A DNA stretch of 63,397 nt, taken from the IMG/VR virus record IMGVR_UViG_3300018411_000016. The stretch is one strand, 5' to 3'. The translations under genes were made by a program, and so were the position numbers. The notes under the pieces were generated by a model. That model did no database searches. It had not been told where the DNA came from and worked only from the letters and a program-made list of their open reading frames with translations. Each line of letters begins with the position of its first letter. Position 1 is the stretch's first letter. The DNA is from an uncultured virus (IMG/VR IMGVR_UViG_3300018411_000016). Lineage: Duplodnaviria; Heunggongvirae; Uroviricota; Caudoviricetes. This document shows positions 1-10,234 of this stretch, one piece after another.

Positions 1-273
1 ATTCAACACTGAAATCGTCAATCCGATAATAGCAATAAAAAGCAAACTGTGCGTGAATGTGCGATGCCCGAACATAGCAAATATCATTGTTGATACAGGC
101 TGTATCTTCCTGCCGAACTTTGATTTTGGATGGTCAATATCTGGCAGCAGTCCACCAATCCAAGAACCACCAATAAAATATAATAGCTGAAGTTCAATTC
201 CCATTTGCTTACCAAAATACACAATCCCATAACCTAAAACAACTGCACCAATTACATGAGCCTCACTTGTCAT
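1..273 (-). CDS. YdjM-family membrane metal-dependent hydrolase (runs off the window edge)
   Basis: Not in ORF track. Manual translation MTSEAHVIGAV...LLPDIDHPKS...GHRTFTHSLL shows the PDxDH and HRxxTHS motifs; GGAGGT RBS at 281-286. Confidence 0.8.
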   Translation of the reverse strand, partial: MTSEAHVIGAVVLGYGIVYFGKQMGIELQLLYFIGGSWIGGLLPDIDHPKSKFGRKIQPVSTMIFAMFGHRTFTHSLLFIAIIGLTISVLN

Positions 274-373
274 TTGAACAACCTCCGTATGAATATATCA
301 ACGCAAGCACATTAATACAAAGTTTGTCCATATAATTAAGTTTTAATACTCTATGTATGTTTAATATCTGAAA

Positions 374-937
374 CTACTTATTTTCTCTGCTATGTAATAA
401 TTTATATAAAGTTGGTCTTGAAATATTTAGATTTTTCGCTAACTCGCTCTTACTTATTTCACGATTTTTATATCTTTCATATTGCTGATTAAATATATTT
501 TCATCTATTTTGGACGAGTTTCTACCTTTATATACACCCTTATTTTTTGCAATTGCTATACCCTCTCTTTGACGCTCTAAAAGATTAGTTCTCTCAAACT
601 CATTAATTGCGGCTATCATAGTAAGCATTAATTTGCCTGTTGGTGTAGTTGTATCTAAATTTTCCTTGTTACTAACTAATCTAACATTTTTATTTTTCAA
701 TTGTTCAACCAAATCTAATAAATCAATTGTACTTCTTGCTAGTCTTGAAAAATCATGTATAAATATTGCATCACCTTCTCTAGCAAATTCCATCATAAGT
801 TTAAGCTGTGGTCTATCCATATTCTTTCCACTAATCTTTTCTACGAACCACTTTTCAATATTATGCTTTTTCAAAGCTTCAAGCTGTCTATCTTCACTTT
901 GTTCTATTGTACTAACTCTCACATAAGCCATGTTCAT
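374..937 (-). CDS. Small serine recombinase (resolvase/invertase)
   Basis: YVRVS catalytic motif, SRLAR, C-terminal HTH (ISRPTLYK); AGGTGA RBS supports the ATG at 937. Confidence 0.92.
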   Translation of the reverse strand: MNMAYVRVSTIEQSEDRQLEALKKHNIEKWFVEKISGKNMDRPQLKLMMEFAREGDAIFIHDFSRLARSTIDLLDLVEQLKNKNVRLVSNKENLDTTTPTGKLMLTMIAAINEFERTNLLERQREGIAIAKNKGVYKGRNSSKIDENIFNQQYERYKNREISKSELAKNLNISRPTLYKLLHSRENK

Positions 938-960
938 TTTAATCACCTTTTTTAGAATTT

Positions 961-1079
961 TGTAAAAGAATGTCTTAGAAGTTATTAACACTCTGTAAAA
1001 TATACCTTATTATAACCCTATTTTTACAACAAATCAATATATCTTAAACTGTAAATTTAAAGTACACCCTATATTTACA
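961..1079. promoter_or_regulatory. Putative res site with three TGT...ACA subsites
   Basis: Imperfect inverted repeats TGTAAA...T(T/A)ACA at 961-990, 994-1028 and 1050-1079, directly upstream of the resolvase. Confidence 0.65.
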
Positions 1080-1147
1080 AAATTTTGTTGACATTCAGTT
1101 GCTATGGGTTTATAATTATTTTACACAAAAGAATGGGAGATGTTTTT

Positions 1148-1762
1148 ATGAAATTTAAAAAAGGTTTAATGGTATTAGGAATGACAACACTTATGTGTTC
1201 ATCAGTTGTATTTGGTGCAGTAAACCATCAAAGAGTAGAAGCTACCATTGTAACAAATAAAATTATAAAAGATAATCAGCAGGTTTTACAAGGGACAGAG
1301 TTAATAAATTATAATGGCTCTTTGTATGTACCATTAAGAAAATTCGGTGACACTACGGGAATAACAATAAACTATAAAGATGGTGTTGTGTATTTGGGCA
1401 ATAACAATACTATACCAGTCGATAACACAGCTAGTGCAACTAATTTATATAGCAAATATGAAGATGTTTTACCATCTCTAAACAAAAATGGTGGAGCAAC
1501 TAAAGTAAGAGACACTGAATATTATAAAAATCTCCAAGATTATATAGACGAAGCACATAGACTTATCAAGGGGACACTAAAAGACCCAATGAGTGTTGTA
1601 TTCGATTATGATAGAGAAGGGTATCCTGAAATATGGGTATCAGATGGTGTTTTGGTTATATGCGTAGATTATAAAGCCAAAAATAGTTATGGTGGATACG
1701 AAAACGGTTCTAATGTAGTTGTTTTTACGGGACTTGATATTGCTACAGGTGGCATTATCTAA
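1148..1762 (+). CDS. Secreted protein with copper amine oxidase N-terminal-like (stalk) domain
   Basis: Signal peptide MKFKKGLMVLG..., YNGSLYVPLR motif; GGGAGA RBS. Confidence 0.6.
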   Translation: MKFKKGLMVLGMTTLMCSSVVFGAVNHQRVEATIVTNKIIKDNQQVLQGTELINYNGSLYVPLRKFGDTTGITINYKDGVVYLGNNNTIPVDNTASATNLYSKYEDVLPSLNKNGGATKVRDTEYYKNLQDYIDEAHRLIKGTLKDPMSVVFDYDREGYPEIWVSDGVLVICVDYKAKNSYGGYENGSNVVVFTGLDIATGGII

Positions 1763-1778
1763 TAAAATCAAAAAGTAA

Positions 1779-1815
1779 AAAATAGGACTACAAATTAATG
1801 TAGTCCTTTAATTTA
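1779..1815. terminator. Bidirectional intrinsic terminator
   Basis: AGGACTACA/TGTAGTCCT stem between convergent genes, with A/T tracts on both sides. Confidence 0.75.
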
Positions 1816-1818
1816 TTC

Positions 1819-2256
1819 TTAAATAACTTTGTAATATTCCATAATAACACTTACAATTCTTTCTGCAATATCAACATCACATCTCTGTAGGATTATTCTC
1901 ATTCTACCTTGAGATATTACAGCTTTACAACATGACGGTTTTTTGATACTGTTCATTAACGCTTCCACAAAAAAAGCTACCAACGTATTTTCTGTAGGTA
2001 GCTGAAGCTCAACATTAAATTTTATATTATTATCGGTGTCATAAGCTTTCTGTAATAGTTTGTTATGCTTACCAGTTGTGAGTTTCTTTAAATGTTCAGC
2101 AAATCTTTCTTCTGGATGGCGTTTAGTTTCACCTATGTATAGGTACTTTCCGTATTTATCAGTAATAGAATAAATAGTTGTTATGCCACTTGTTTTAGCT
2201 GTTTTAGAAGTCTTAGGAGTTTTACTTTTTACCTGCGACTTAATTTTTGTTGCCAT
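1819..2256 (-). CDS. GIY-YIG nuclease family protein
   Basis: IYSIT...LYIGET...ERFAEH motif. Confidence 0.75.
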   Translation of the reverse strand: MATKIKSQVKSKTPKTSKTAKTSGITTIYSITDKYGKYLYIGETKRHPEERFAEHLKKLTTGKHNKLLQKAYDTDNNIKFNVELQLPTENTLVAFFVEALMNSIKKPSCCKAVISQGRMRIILQRCDVDIAERIVSVIMEYYKVI

Positions 2257-2299
2257 TAGACCAACTCTTTCTATTGTTTAATTTATTTTATAGTAATAA

Positions 2300-3256
2300 T
2301 TATACTTCAAAGTTATCTTTATTTTTGCCAATCTTGCTTTTGTCTTCCTTAATATAATGTCTGCGAGTAGTGTCGATACTTTCATGGTTCAATAATACCG
2401 AAACTTCCTCCAAAGACATTCCTGCATTCTTCAACAAAGTTGCACCTGAATGTCGCCAATCATGAGGATGAAGAGTCAAAATACCTATCATTTCTCCAAC
2501 TTTTTTAGTCCAATCTGATAAAGAATTTACACCAGCTTGTTTATATTCTCCAGCATATTTTGTAACAAACACATACTTACTATCTATTCCATCAGCTTTT
2601 CGCTGTTCTTGTAATTCTAATAACAATGATTTAACTTCTTTCGAGAAAAACAATGTAACAATTTTTCCTTCTTTCTCAAGAACATCGTCAACCGTTCTGT
2701 TTTCAAAATCTATCTGTTCCCACATAATATTACTTATAGCTGTTACTCTTGCCATTGTAGACAATGATAACATAATATATGTGGTTAATTGTAAATCACC
2801 GTGTTCTTTTAATTTTTCTTTAACTTCATCACATTGTGCTTTTGTAAGAAATGTTTGAACTACAACAGGTAATCCCTTACGAGGTCTTGATAAAAATTCA
2901 CACGGGTTCTCTGTTATTAGCTTTTTTCGTCTAAGGAATTTATAAAAAGCACTAATACTAGCCATTCTTCTTTTAATTCGCTCTGTATTGTTGCCATATT
3001 CTTTGCACATAAAAATCATTTCTTCTATGTCATCTTCTGTTAAATCTTTAATAGATTGATTTCCTTGTTCTTTATATATGTATCTAAACCATGCCTTAAT
3101 GTCGCACTCATAAGAATAAATACTTTTTTCTGATAGTTCTCGCATCTGCATATCTCGTACATATTTTTTCAATAGAGATAAATTTTCTGCATTTATCTTA
3201 TCATCTGTTACTTCTTTTCCAATTTGAAGCAACCGACTACGTTTTACGTTAGCCAA
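2300..3256 (-). CDS. Tyrosine recombinase (XerC/D-like)
   Basis: SAM-like N-terminus; catalytic R (MAR), HPHDWRH, LNH...HY. Confidence 0.9.
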   Translation of the reverse strand: MANVKRSRLLQIGKEVTDDKINAENLSLLKKYVRDMQMRELSEKSIYSYECDIKAWFRYIYKEQGNQSIKDLTEDDIEEMIFMCKEYGNNTERIKRRMASISAFYKFLRRKKLITENPCEFLSRPRKGLPVVVQTFLTKAQCDEVKEKLKEHGDLQLTTYIMLSLSTMARVTAISNIMWEQIDFENRTVDDVLEKEGKIVTLFFSKEVKSLLLELQEQRKADGIDSKYVFVTKYAGEYKQAGVNSLSDWTKKVGEMIGILTLHPHDWRHSGATLLKNAGMSLEEVSVLLNHESIDTTRRHYIKEDKSKIGKNKDNFEV

Positions 3257-3326
3257 ACGACATCACCAACTTTCTCTCTTTATAAAATTCCCTATTTATA
3301 AGGGTTTCAGACCCTTAATTTTCTTC

Positions 3327-3516
3327 TGAAACTCACACGACTAAAGTCGCATGGTTCTTATCTTATTAAACTTCTCTTATACTCTCATTTACGATGTTGA
3401 TTGTATTTTACAACATATAAGAACTAATTAATTGTAATAAGACTTTCACTACCAATCTCTCCAATGAAAGAATTAGCGATAGTATATAGGCTCGTTTCAA
3501 AACCTATTTTTAATAC
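3327..3516 (-). ncRNA. TnpB omega-RNA / IS200-IS605-type right end
   Basis: Non-coding region downstream of tnpB ending in the hairpin ATGCGACTTTAGTCGTGT followed by GAGTTTCA (- strand). Confidence 0.6.
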
Positions 3517-5049
3517 TTATATTCCCATACTGCTTATTAATTTACATCCATTGTTTTTTAATTCTCTTAATCTTGCTATTTCTTTATCATGTAATAATTT
3601 AAAGTCATCATAAGTTTCAAAACATAATTGTCTATTAATTGCTTCCAAATCACTTGAAACATTCATTATCAAGAAAGCAGAATAAAGGTCACGTTGTACT
3701 TCAATATTTTCATTCCATCTGATACTTAATTCTTTCTTATTATATTCATCTGTAAAATGATTATATTGACTAGCTTTAACTTTTTGAGTATTTATCTTTA
3801 ATAACTCTAAGTTATCATATTTAAGTTTACGGTCAATTATATCTAATAGCATAGCAGGTGCTTTATTTGCAAGAGATTTACCAAATCGTTTCTTTTTATT
3901 AAACTTACCATTCTTATCTTTGGTTATATTTTTAGCTCGTTTTTGTAATGCTTGGAATTGCATTGTTTCAACTAATACTCTATCACCTAAAGATATGATA
4001 GTATTTGCCAATCTTTCATGCGATTGTTTCCTAATACACGCTTGCTTTCTTTGAAGTTCTCTTAATTCATTTTGAGTTTTAATATATTTATTGCTCTTAT
4101 TCCACACAAGCTTAATACCATATTTAATAGTACCATTATCATTATAATTATTAGGATTATTTGAACGTCTTTGCCTATCTAATTTTCGTAGTAATATTCG
4201 TTTTTTATGCTCAATATTATCAACTTCTGGACAAAGCTCTAATAATTTTACTTCTGACTTACTAGAATAAGCAATAGTTCTAGTTCCTATATCAATACCT
4301 ATATTACCCAAACCAACATTGTGTTTTATTTCTCCTGTTTTTATATCATATTTTATAGGAGGAACTCCCTCAATCATAAGTTGAACGTAATATTGATACT
4401 TCCCTCGGATTAGCTTTCTAACTATCCTACAAAACTTAATTCTATCTTGAATGGCTTTTTGAGCATAGTAATCTTTTTTATTTATAATTATAGGCAATTT
4501 TAACCCTTGCCATAATATGTACCTATTAAAATATCTCATACCACTTTTATTCCACTTATTCTCTATTGTATTATATTCATTGACTTTATCAAAATTAACC
4601 CCATTGCCATTACCAAAAAGTAATTTGTCAAATTTAGTCCATACTCTATTAGCAATCGCTTGTGCTTCTAAACTGCCAATATTATCTTTAAAATGCTTAT
4701 ACATAGGCTTAACATCTTCATGCAGTGAATATTGTGATAATTCATATTTTAGATAAATTTGATTTAGTTCCTTATACAACGCTTTTCTAGCCTTGATAAA
4801 TTCTCTTGAATGTTTCATATCTTCTGCATATAATGCCTTATTAATTGGTTTTAATGCCTTTTTAATTACATTATATTCTTTACTCTCTAGCATTAGTTTG
4901 TATCTTTTTAAGACCTTATTGGTTAGACTATTTGATATATTCCTTGCAATTTCTAATCTTTTATCTATTACATCTTCTTGGAATTTTTGAGTGTTCAATT
5001 TTAGAGTTAAAACATATGTAGAAGATTTTGATTTAATCACAATATTCAC
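3517..5049 (-). CDS. tnpB: Long TnpB-like RNA-guided endonuclease
   Basis: RuvC-I GIDIGT, RuvC-II VETM, RuvC-III QRDLYSA; no CxxC zinc finger. Confidence 0.85.
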   Translation of the reverse strand: MNIVIKSKSSTYVLTLKLNTQKFQEDVIDKRLEIARNISNSLTNKVLKRYKLMLESKEYNVIKKALKPINKALYAEDMKHSREFIKARKALYKELNQIYLKYELSQYSLHEDVKPMYKHFKDNIGSLEAQAIANRVWTKFDKLLFGNGNGVNFDKVNEYNTIENKWNKSGMRYFNRYILWQGLKLPIIINKKDYYAQKAIQDRIKFCRIVRKLIRGKYQYYVQLMIEGVPPIKYDIKTGEIKHNVGLGNIGIDIGTRTIAYSSKSEVKLLELCPEVDNIEHKKRILLRKLDRQRRSNNPNNYNDNGTIKYGIKLVWNKSNKYIKTQNELRELQRKQACIRKQSHERLANTIISLGDRVLVETMQFQALQKRAKNITKDKNGKFNKKKRFGKSLANKAPAMLLDIIDRKLKYDNLELLKINTQKVKASQYNHFTDEYNKKELSIRWNENIEVQRDLYSAFLIMNVSSDLEAINRQLCFETYDDFKLLHDKEIARLRELKNNGCKLISSMGI

Positions 5050-5069
5050 CTCACTTTCTGCTATGTAAT

Positions 5070-5291
5070 TTACATTTCTTCTATGTATTCTATCAAATCT
5101 TGAGTCTCAACCATAACATTATTTTCCTTAATTACATCAGCAATTTCTATAACACCGTCTAAAACACTCAATATCTTATCTTTCATATTGGGTATAATAA
5201 ATAGTGTTTCTAATAAAGCAGATGAAATTTTTATGTATGTATTGGATTGTTCAAATACGTGTTCTGTTTGCTTATTTGATTGCTTAGTCAT
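5070..5291 (-). CDS. Small acidic protein, LLET family copy 1
   Basis: GGAGAG RBS; close paralogue of 13355-13576. Confidence 0.75.
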   Translation of the reverse strand: MTKQSNKQTEHVFEQSNTYIKISSALLETLFIIPNMKDKILSVLDGVIEIADVIKENNVMVETQDLIEYIEEM

Positions 5292-5465
5292 ATTAATCTC
5301 TCCTTTGTATTATGGTTCAATATGTATATTTTGTTTACAAGAAGAATTATAATATATATGGGAACATATATCAATATACATTATTACCAAATATGCACCC
5401 ATATATTTATGATAATTGTATATGTACCCATATTTCTAAATATGTTATAATATCTTATAACAAAT

Positions 5466-5657
5466 ATGGAGGTGGCTTATATGGCTTCTGATGCACAGCG
5501 AAAAGCAGCTGATAAATATTTAAAAGAAAAAACAGATGAAATCAAAATCCGTGTGCCTAAAGGTAAGAAAGAAATTATTCAAAATTATGCCAAAAAACAA
5601 GGTGAAAGTGTTAATGGATTTATCAATCGTATTATTGATGAAAAAATAGATAAATAA
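5466..5657 (+). CDS. Arc/ribbon-helix-helix regulator
   Basis: AQRKAADKY...IKIRVPKG...ESVNGFINR; repeated ATG(N)ACCCATAT operator-like sites at about 5358-5432. Confidence 0.8.
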   Translation: MEVAYMASDAQRKAADKYLKEKTDEIKIRVPKGKKEIIQNYAKKQGESVNGFINRIIDEKIDK

Positions 5658-5658
5658 A

Positions 5659-6861
5659 TTAAATTTCTATGTCTGTAGTCAGAATTGTGATTTTACACAG
5701 TCTATTATCCCACAGCACAGTACACCCAAAAGCTTCAGCAATTAATCTAATTGGCACAAAAGTTCTCTCATCTTTAATAACTGGCATTTGGTCTAGTGTT
5801 TTCTTGTAACCATCTACAATAGCGTAGTCTTTACCAATCCATAGGTAAATAGTATGTTTGTCATTCTTTATTGCTACACGCTTGCTTGTATCGTTCCATT
5901 CTACTTTATAACCTAAACATTCACTTAAAAATCTAACAGGAACTAAACACCTATTACTCTTTGTATCAATATAAGGTGCAACGTCTATTGTGGTAGTATT
6001 TCCGTCTACAAGTACGTCTTTACTTCCTATAGTTAATTCTATTTTAGTTCCAATTAAAGGGTCATTCTCAAGGTCTATGAATGATAAAGCACCGATAAAT
6101 AAACTAAAGCCACTATCTTTTGTTTTAAATCTTAAATAGTCTTTGGGCAAATAAGCACTGCCATTATCCCCCCATTCTTTTCCCCAACTATTTCTGATTT
6201 TAAAACAGTCTTTTTCTGCATCATCCTTATAGCATAATACTAAATGACCACCTACAATCAACATTTTACCATTAGCGTCAAAAGTTATAGTATCACTTGC
6301 ATTATTGTTTAAATCTGCCCATTGTCTAGTTACTTGTATACCTAATAACACAAATTTACCATCATTTAAAGCTTGTTCAATTTCTTCTACAGTATCGCAA
6401 TAAGCATAATTTTTACACTTATAATGAGGAAGTGTTGCTTCGTTTGCAAGACCTAGTGGAAATTTAAAACTACCAACCACATAATCATTAGATGGATAAT
6501 ATTCTTCCTTAATGACACCAGTATCAATCAACACTTTGGCAACATAAGGTAAAGTTGTTCCTTCATTGCTTGTATCTCCATCTAAAGCCTTTACTGTTCT
6601 TGCCATATATAAAGGACTTAGTTCTTGCTTATACCCTAACTCTATGTATTCTTGTGCCTCTTTCATGGCTGTCGCAGAATAACTATGACAAAAACCCGTC
6701 TCCCCTTGGTCTTTCGGTTCAAGGATGTACTGTTCTAAGTCGATTATATCATTGACTTTTCTTGATACACCTTTTACAATTTTTCCATAATGCCAATCTG
6801 TATCCTTAACTTCTCCACGCCCGACCAAACCTAATTTATAATCTTTTTTATAATCTTTCAC
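5659..6861 (-). CDS. Papain-like C1 cysteine peptidase with C-terminal copper amine oxidase N-terminal-like domains
   Basis: DQGETGFC, GGHLV, NSWG catalytic motifs; LVPVRFLSE and TFVPIRLIAE repeats. Confidence 0.85.
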   Translation of the reverse strand: MKDYKKDYKLGLVGRGEVKDTDWHYGKIVKGVSRKVNDIIDLEQYILEPKDQGETGFCHSYSATAMKEAQEYIELGYKQELSPLYMARTVKALDGDTSNEGTTLPYVAKVLIDTGVIKEEYYPSNDYVVGSFKFPLGLANEATLPHYKCKNYAYCDTVEEIEQALNDGKFVLLGIQVTRQWADLNNNASDTITFDANGKMLIVGGHLVLCYKDDAEKDCFKIRNSWGKEWGDNGSAYLPKDYLRFKTKDSGFSLFIGALSFIDLENDPLIGTKIELTIGSKDVLVDGNTTTIDVAPYIDTKSNRCLVPVRFLSECLGYKVEWNDTSKRVAIKNDKHTIYLWIGKDYAIVDGYKKTLDQMPVIKDERTFVPIRLIAEAFGCTVLWDNRLCKITILTTDIEI

Positions 6862-6921
6862 ACAATCACCTCATAAAAATAAAGGCTACCAATTAAGGCG
6901 ACCTTTACAATATTATTTAAT

Positions 6922-7575
6922 TTATTTCGTAAGGACTGGAATATTACCTTGTGAACTAATGTTATAGCCTAGAGCATCTGCAATATCTCTTATTTTAATA
7001 TAATTAGTACCATTTTTTAAAATTCTATCTACAGAAATTTCTTTGCCATTTACAATCATTTTACTAATTTCAACCACTTCATCATCACCTTCTAATCTCT
7101 TTTTAAATGCAGACCACAGGTCAGGATTTCTTACAAATGGTTCAGGGCAGCGTTTCCCTGTGACTAAATTATGAGTCAATACATTATCTATCGGTATATT
7201 ATACTTTTTCATTAATTCTTTTGTGAGTCCTACTGTATTTGCCACAACTTCGTCTTTAATATAATAAGCACCATTATTATCTTTTCTACTACACATTTCA
7301 ATAGATATACTATTGTGATTTCTGCAATAAGGATGAGCATAATTTTTCGCACCTACAGACCACGCTGTATTATCATCTGATACACTTTGGTAAACACTAT
7401 TTTCGTCTACAAAATAATGTGCCGATGCATTTCTACCACCTGTAGCAAAGTAATTACAATTGCCTTTTGCGGTATCTCCATTATTAGCTGTATAGTGAAT
7501 TACAATATATTGAATTGGCTTTGTTCGACCAAAAGTATAATTGCTGCTATGTGCTAGTTTTCTTTGAATATTCAA
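6922..7575 (-). CDS. N-acetylmuramoyl-L-alanine amidase (Amidase_2) endolysin
   Basis: IVIHYT, ASAHYFVD, SISIE, H...KRCP motifs; TTG start after GGTGA. Confidence 0.9.
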   Translation of the reverse strand: MNIQRKLAHSSNYTFGRTKPIQYIVIHYTANNGDTAKGNCNYFATGGRNASAHYFVDENSVYQSVSDDNTAWSVGAKNYAHPYCRNHNSISIEMCSRKDNNGAYYIKDEVVANTVGLTKELMKKYNIPIDNVLTHNLVTGKRCPEPFVRNPDLWSAFKKRLEGDDEVVEISKMIVNGKEISVDRILKNGTNYIKIRDIADALGYNISSQGNIPVLTK

Positions 7576-7655
7576 TATTGTCACCACTCTTTTTAATAAA
7601 AAAGACACCTTGAAATATAGGTGTCTCTGACTATTTAATTTTATTTATATGTAAA

Positions 7656-7916
7656 TTATTTTAATTTTGCATATAATTCTGCCAATTCAGGAATTACTTT
7701 AATTTTATCTCCCTGTGCATCTACTTTCATTTCTGTTTCACTATATACAATTACACCGTCTAGCTTACCATCAAAATCACAAGCTGGATAACCACCATCC
7801 ATATACCCAATTTTAACTTCTAAATATTTACCATTTGCTGTTTCAGATTTTGCTTTTGCCTCTGTGTTTCTAATTCTTAATATACCATCTGTAGAGATAA
7901 ATGCGTAATTTTTCAT
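7656..7916 (-). CDS. Hypothetical protein
   Basis: ORF with GGGGG RBS in the lysis cluster. Confidence 0.6.
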   Translation of the reverse strand: MKNYAFISTDGILRIRNTEAKAKSETANGKYLEVKIGYMDGGYPACDFDGKLDGVIVYSETEMKVDAQGDKIKVIPELAELYAKLK

Positions 7917-7967
7917 AATTAAATTCCCCCTTGAATAAATAAGACCTGTTAGGTCACAACAATAATA

Positions 7968-8276
7968 TTATTTTTTTGTAATTTCTACACCTAAAATACT
8001 TGCAAGTTTTGAACAAGCTTTTCCTGTATAGAGTAAAATAGATGAACTCATTATCAACATTGGTGTAATTCCAATTTCTGCTAAATCCACCACATCAAAA
8101 ACATATGCCAACCCTATAAAACTACCAGCAACAATAGCTACTTTAATTATTCCTTTAATAAATACTTTAATGTCAAAAGATATTTTTTCGACACCTATTT
8201 TACCATAAACACCCAAAGCCATATTTACTACAATAACAATTAATAAATAAGGCAAATATGTAATTATATTTTCCAT
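7968..8276 (-). CDS. Putative holin
   Basis: Three hydrophobic segments; upstream of the endolysin. Confidence 0.7.
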   Translation of the reverse strand: MENIITYLPYLLIVIVVNMALGVYGKIGVEKISFDIKVFIKGIIKVAIVAGSFIGLAYVFDVVDLAEIGITPMLIMSSSILLYTGKACSKLASILGVEITKK

Positions 8277-8295
8277 TTAATCACGCCCTTTTGTA

Positions 8296-8427
8296 TTAAG
8301 CTATATATTCATCGCCAGTAATTAATTGATAATCTTCGGCTGTAATCTTACCAGCCACAACAAACACCTTAACATTTTCCTTGCTGTAAATCCCCATATC
8401 ATAATATCTCTTAACAACTTTAACCAT
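8296..8427 (-). CDS. XkdX-family protein
   Basis: Not in ORF track. MVKVVKRYYDMGIYSKENVKVFVVAGKITAEDYQLITGDEYIA. Confidence 0.8.
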   Translation of the reverse strand: MVKVVKRYYDMGIYSKENVKVFVVAGKITAEDYQLITGDEYIA

Positions 8428-8801
8428 TAGATAACACCTCCTGCACTATTTATTAATACAACTGCTAATGTTTCATCAATTGCAGTGAGTCTTGCTTCTT
8501 GTGACGCTTGATTAAGTAATATTTCTGCATTAATTAAATCCTGTGTTGTTGGTTCTGGTATGGGTTCTGGAATTGGAATAACAGTAAAATATCCATCAAC
8601 AACCACGTAGTCTGTACCATTAAAATTATAAACCGTAACAGTTGTATCAACTTCATAATTTCCGTTTTCCATATTGAATTTCTTAACACAATATTTATTT
8701 TCTTCACATGGTTCAACAATTAGTAAATTACCATGATGTATCCACTCAATCATATCATTTGATTTATACCATACTTGATTTTCATTTCTTAACTCAAACA
8801 T
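8427..8801 (-). CDS. Tail fibre-associated/chaperone-like protein
   Basis: PEPIPEPT...coiled C-terminus; position before XkdX. Confidence 0.55.
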   Translation of the reverse strand: MFELRNENQVWYKSNDMIEWIHHGNLLIVEPCEENKYCVKKFNMENGNYEVDTTVTVYNFNGTDYVVVDGYFTVIPIPEPIPEPTTQDLINAEILLNQASQEARLTAIDETLAVVLINSAGGVI

Positions 8802-8813
8802 TATACCCCTCCT

Positions 8814-9599
8814 TTAATACTCTGGTTGATAAGTAACAGTAATTGAGTTTATTCTGACAGCATTACTGCTTATGTTACCCCAAAGAACCAAAACAACAGG
8901 TTCTCCCGCTTTGCAATAAAACAAACCGCTTTTTGAGGTAGTTCCTGTGGTGCTTGCTTGTACTTCAAGAATTTTTAACATCATATCATGATACCTACCT
9001 GTACCTTCAGTTGCGAGATAATCTGCAAACGAAACAGATGAAGTCACAAGGGCTGCTGCTCCCACTGATGAAAGATTATATGTAAGAGACTGTGATATTG
9101 AATATGCACTTGCTCTGACTTCTGTGGTGTAATATGACCCTCCAACAACAGAGTCTACAACTTTTCCAACATATCCAGTGCTACTGAAGCTAGCTGTTAC
9201 AATCGGCGTTGTAACTACAACATTATATACCCCACTTACTGGGGCTATAAATTTAGCAACTAATTTGTTGCTAACACCTTCGTCTGCATATATATCTGCT
9301 ACCCCACTAAAAACTGTTATACCTGACCCTGTCAAGCTTGCATTTCTTTTATTGATTATTGCACTTGCCTTTTGGCTTAATGTACCCGTTGAGCTTGCGG
9401 TATTGTTTGTAGCCGTATACCCACGGATTGTATCAATCAGTCCTGCCCTTGCTGCTGTCCAACTGGAAAGCAAAGCATTAAGTTTTGCCATTAACGTTCC
9501 TGCTGTTGCCGAACCGCCCGTATTTGTAGTAGTACCAATTTGGGTACTCAATTCTTGTTTTGCACTATCTATTTCATTTAATACTATTACATCTGCCAT
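8814..9599 (-). CDS. Putative tail fibre / receptor-binding protein
   Basis: G/S/T-rich, N-terminal GTLMAKLN helix; tail module position. Confidence 0.55.
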   Translation of the reverse strand: MADVIVLNEIDSAKQELSTQIGTTTNTGGSATAGTLMAKLNALLSSWTAARAGLIDTIRGYTATNNTASSTGTLSQKASAIINKRNASLTGSGITVFSGVADIYADEGVSNKLVAKFIAPVSGVYNVVVTTPIVTASFSSTGYVGKVVDSVVGGSYYTTEVRASAYSISQSLTYNLSSVGAAALVTSSVSFADYLATEGTGRYHDMMLKILEVQASTTGTTSKSGLFYCKAGEPVVLVLWGNISSNAVRINSITVTYQPEY

Positions 9600-10234
9600 T
9601 AACTAATCACTCCTGACCAATTCTCACCTGTGTTAGTAAGAACCTCTGTTGTATTTACTGATAATTCACTACAAGTCGTAACTATAGTCCAACTACCATT
9701 TACATTCTTTGTACTAACCCTTTGAGAATATGTACTACCATCTGCATTATTGGTGTACTTTTCAGTCCAAACAGGTAAATTATTCACAGTAGTTTTTACT
9801 GCTGAATACGTCATATTTTTCCTATAAATCGGATTGTCAAAGTCAAAGTATTGTCCATCATATAAACCAGTCTGTACAACCGTATACCAAGCATCAATAT
9901 CTGTTACTCTTGTTGTATAATTTGTTTCCATAGTTGTCATTCTTGCATTATAATCAGCAAACAAAGCGTCTAAATATGTTTGTAAATCCGTTGTTATAAA
10001 TGTTTGTACATTTTGCATAGCCGTAAAAAGATTATTATAATCATTTGCTGTTATGTTATAAGGCTCTAATTCTGTTGCCAATAAATTTAATTCTTCTAAT
10101 TGGGCAGCACTAGGGATTTCTATAACTATTAATTCTCTATATCGCACAACAGAAGGAATTAATCTAGTTGGAACATCATATTTTTTTACAAACGTAACTA
10201 TATCATATCCATAATCTAAAGCATCTATAGCCAT
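9599..10234 (-). CDS. Tail tip/baseplate-associated protein
   Basis: ORF with RBS, coupled to the downstream gene; function inferred from position only. Confidence 0.5.
   Translation of the reverse strand: MAIDALDYGYDIVTFVKKYDVPTRLIPSVVRYRELIVIEIPSAAQLEELNLLATELEPYNITANDYNNLFTAMQNVQTFITTDLQTYLDALFADYNARMTTMETNYTTRVTDIDAWYTVVQTGLYDGQYFDFDNPIYRKNMTYSAVKTTVNNLPVWTEKYTNNADGSTYSQRVSTKNVNGSWTIVTTCSELSVNTTEVLTNTGENWSGVIS

Noticed and set aside
374..937. Resolvase as the missing IS607 TnpA
   Set aside because: IS607 TnpA has an N-terminal HTH; this protein has a C-terminal HTH and its own res site.
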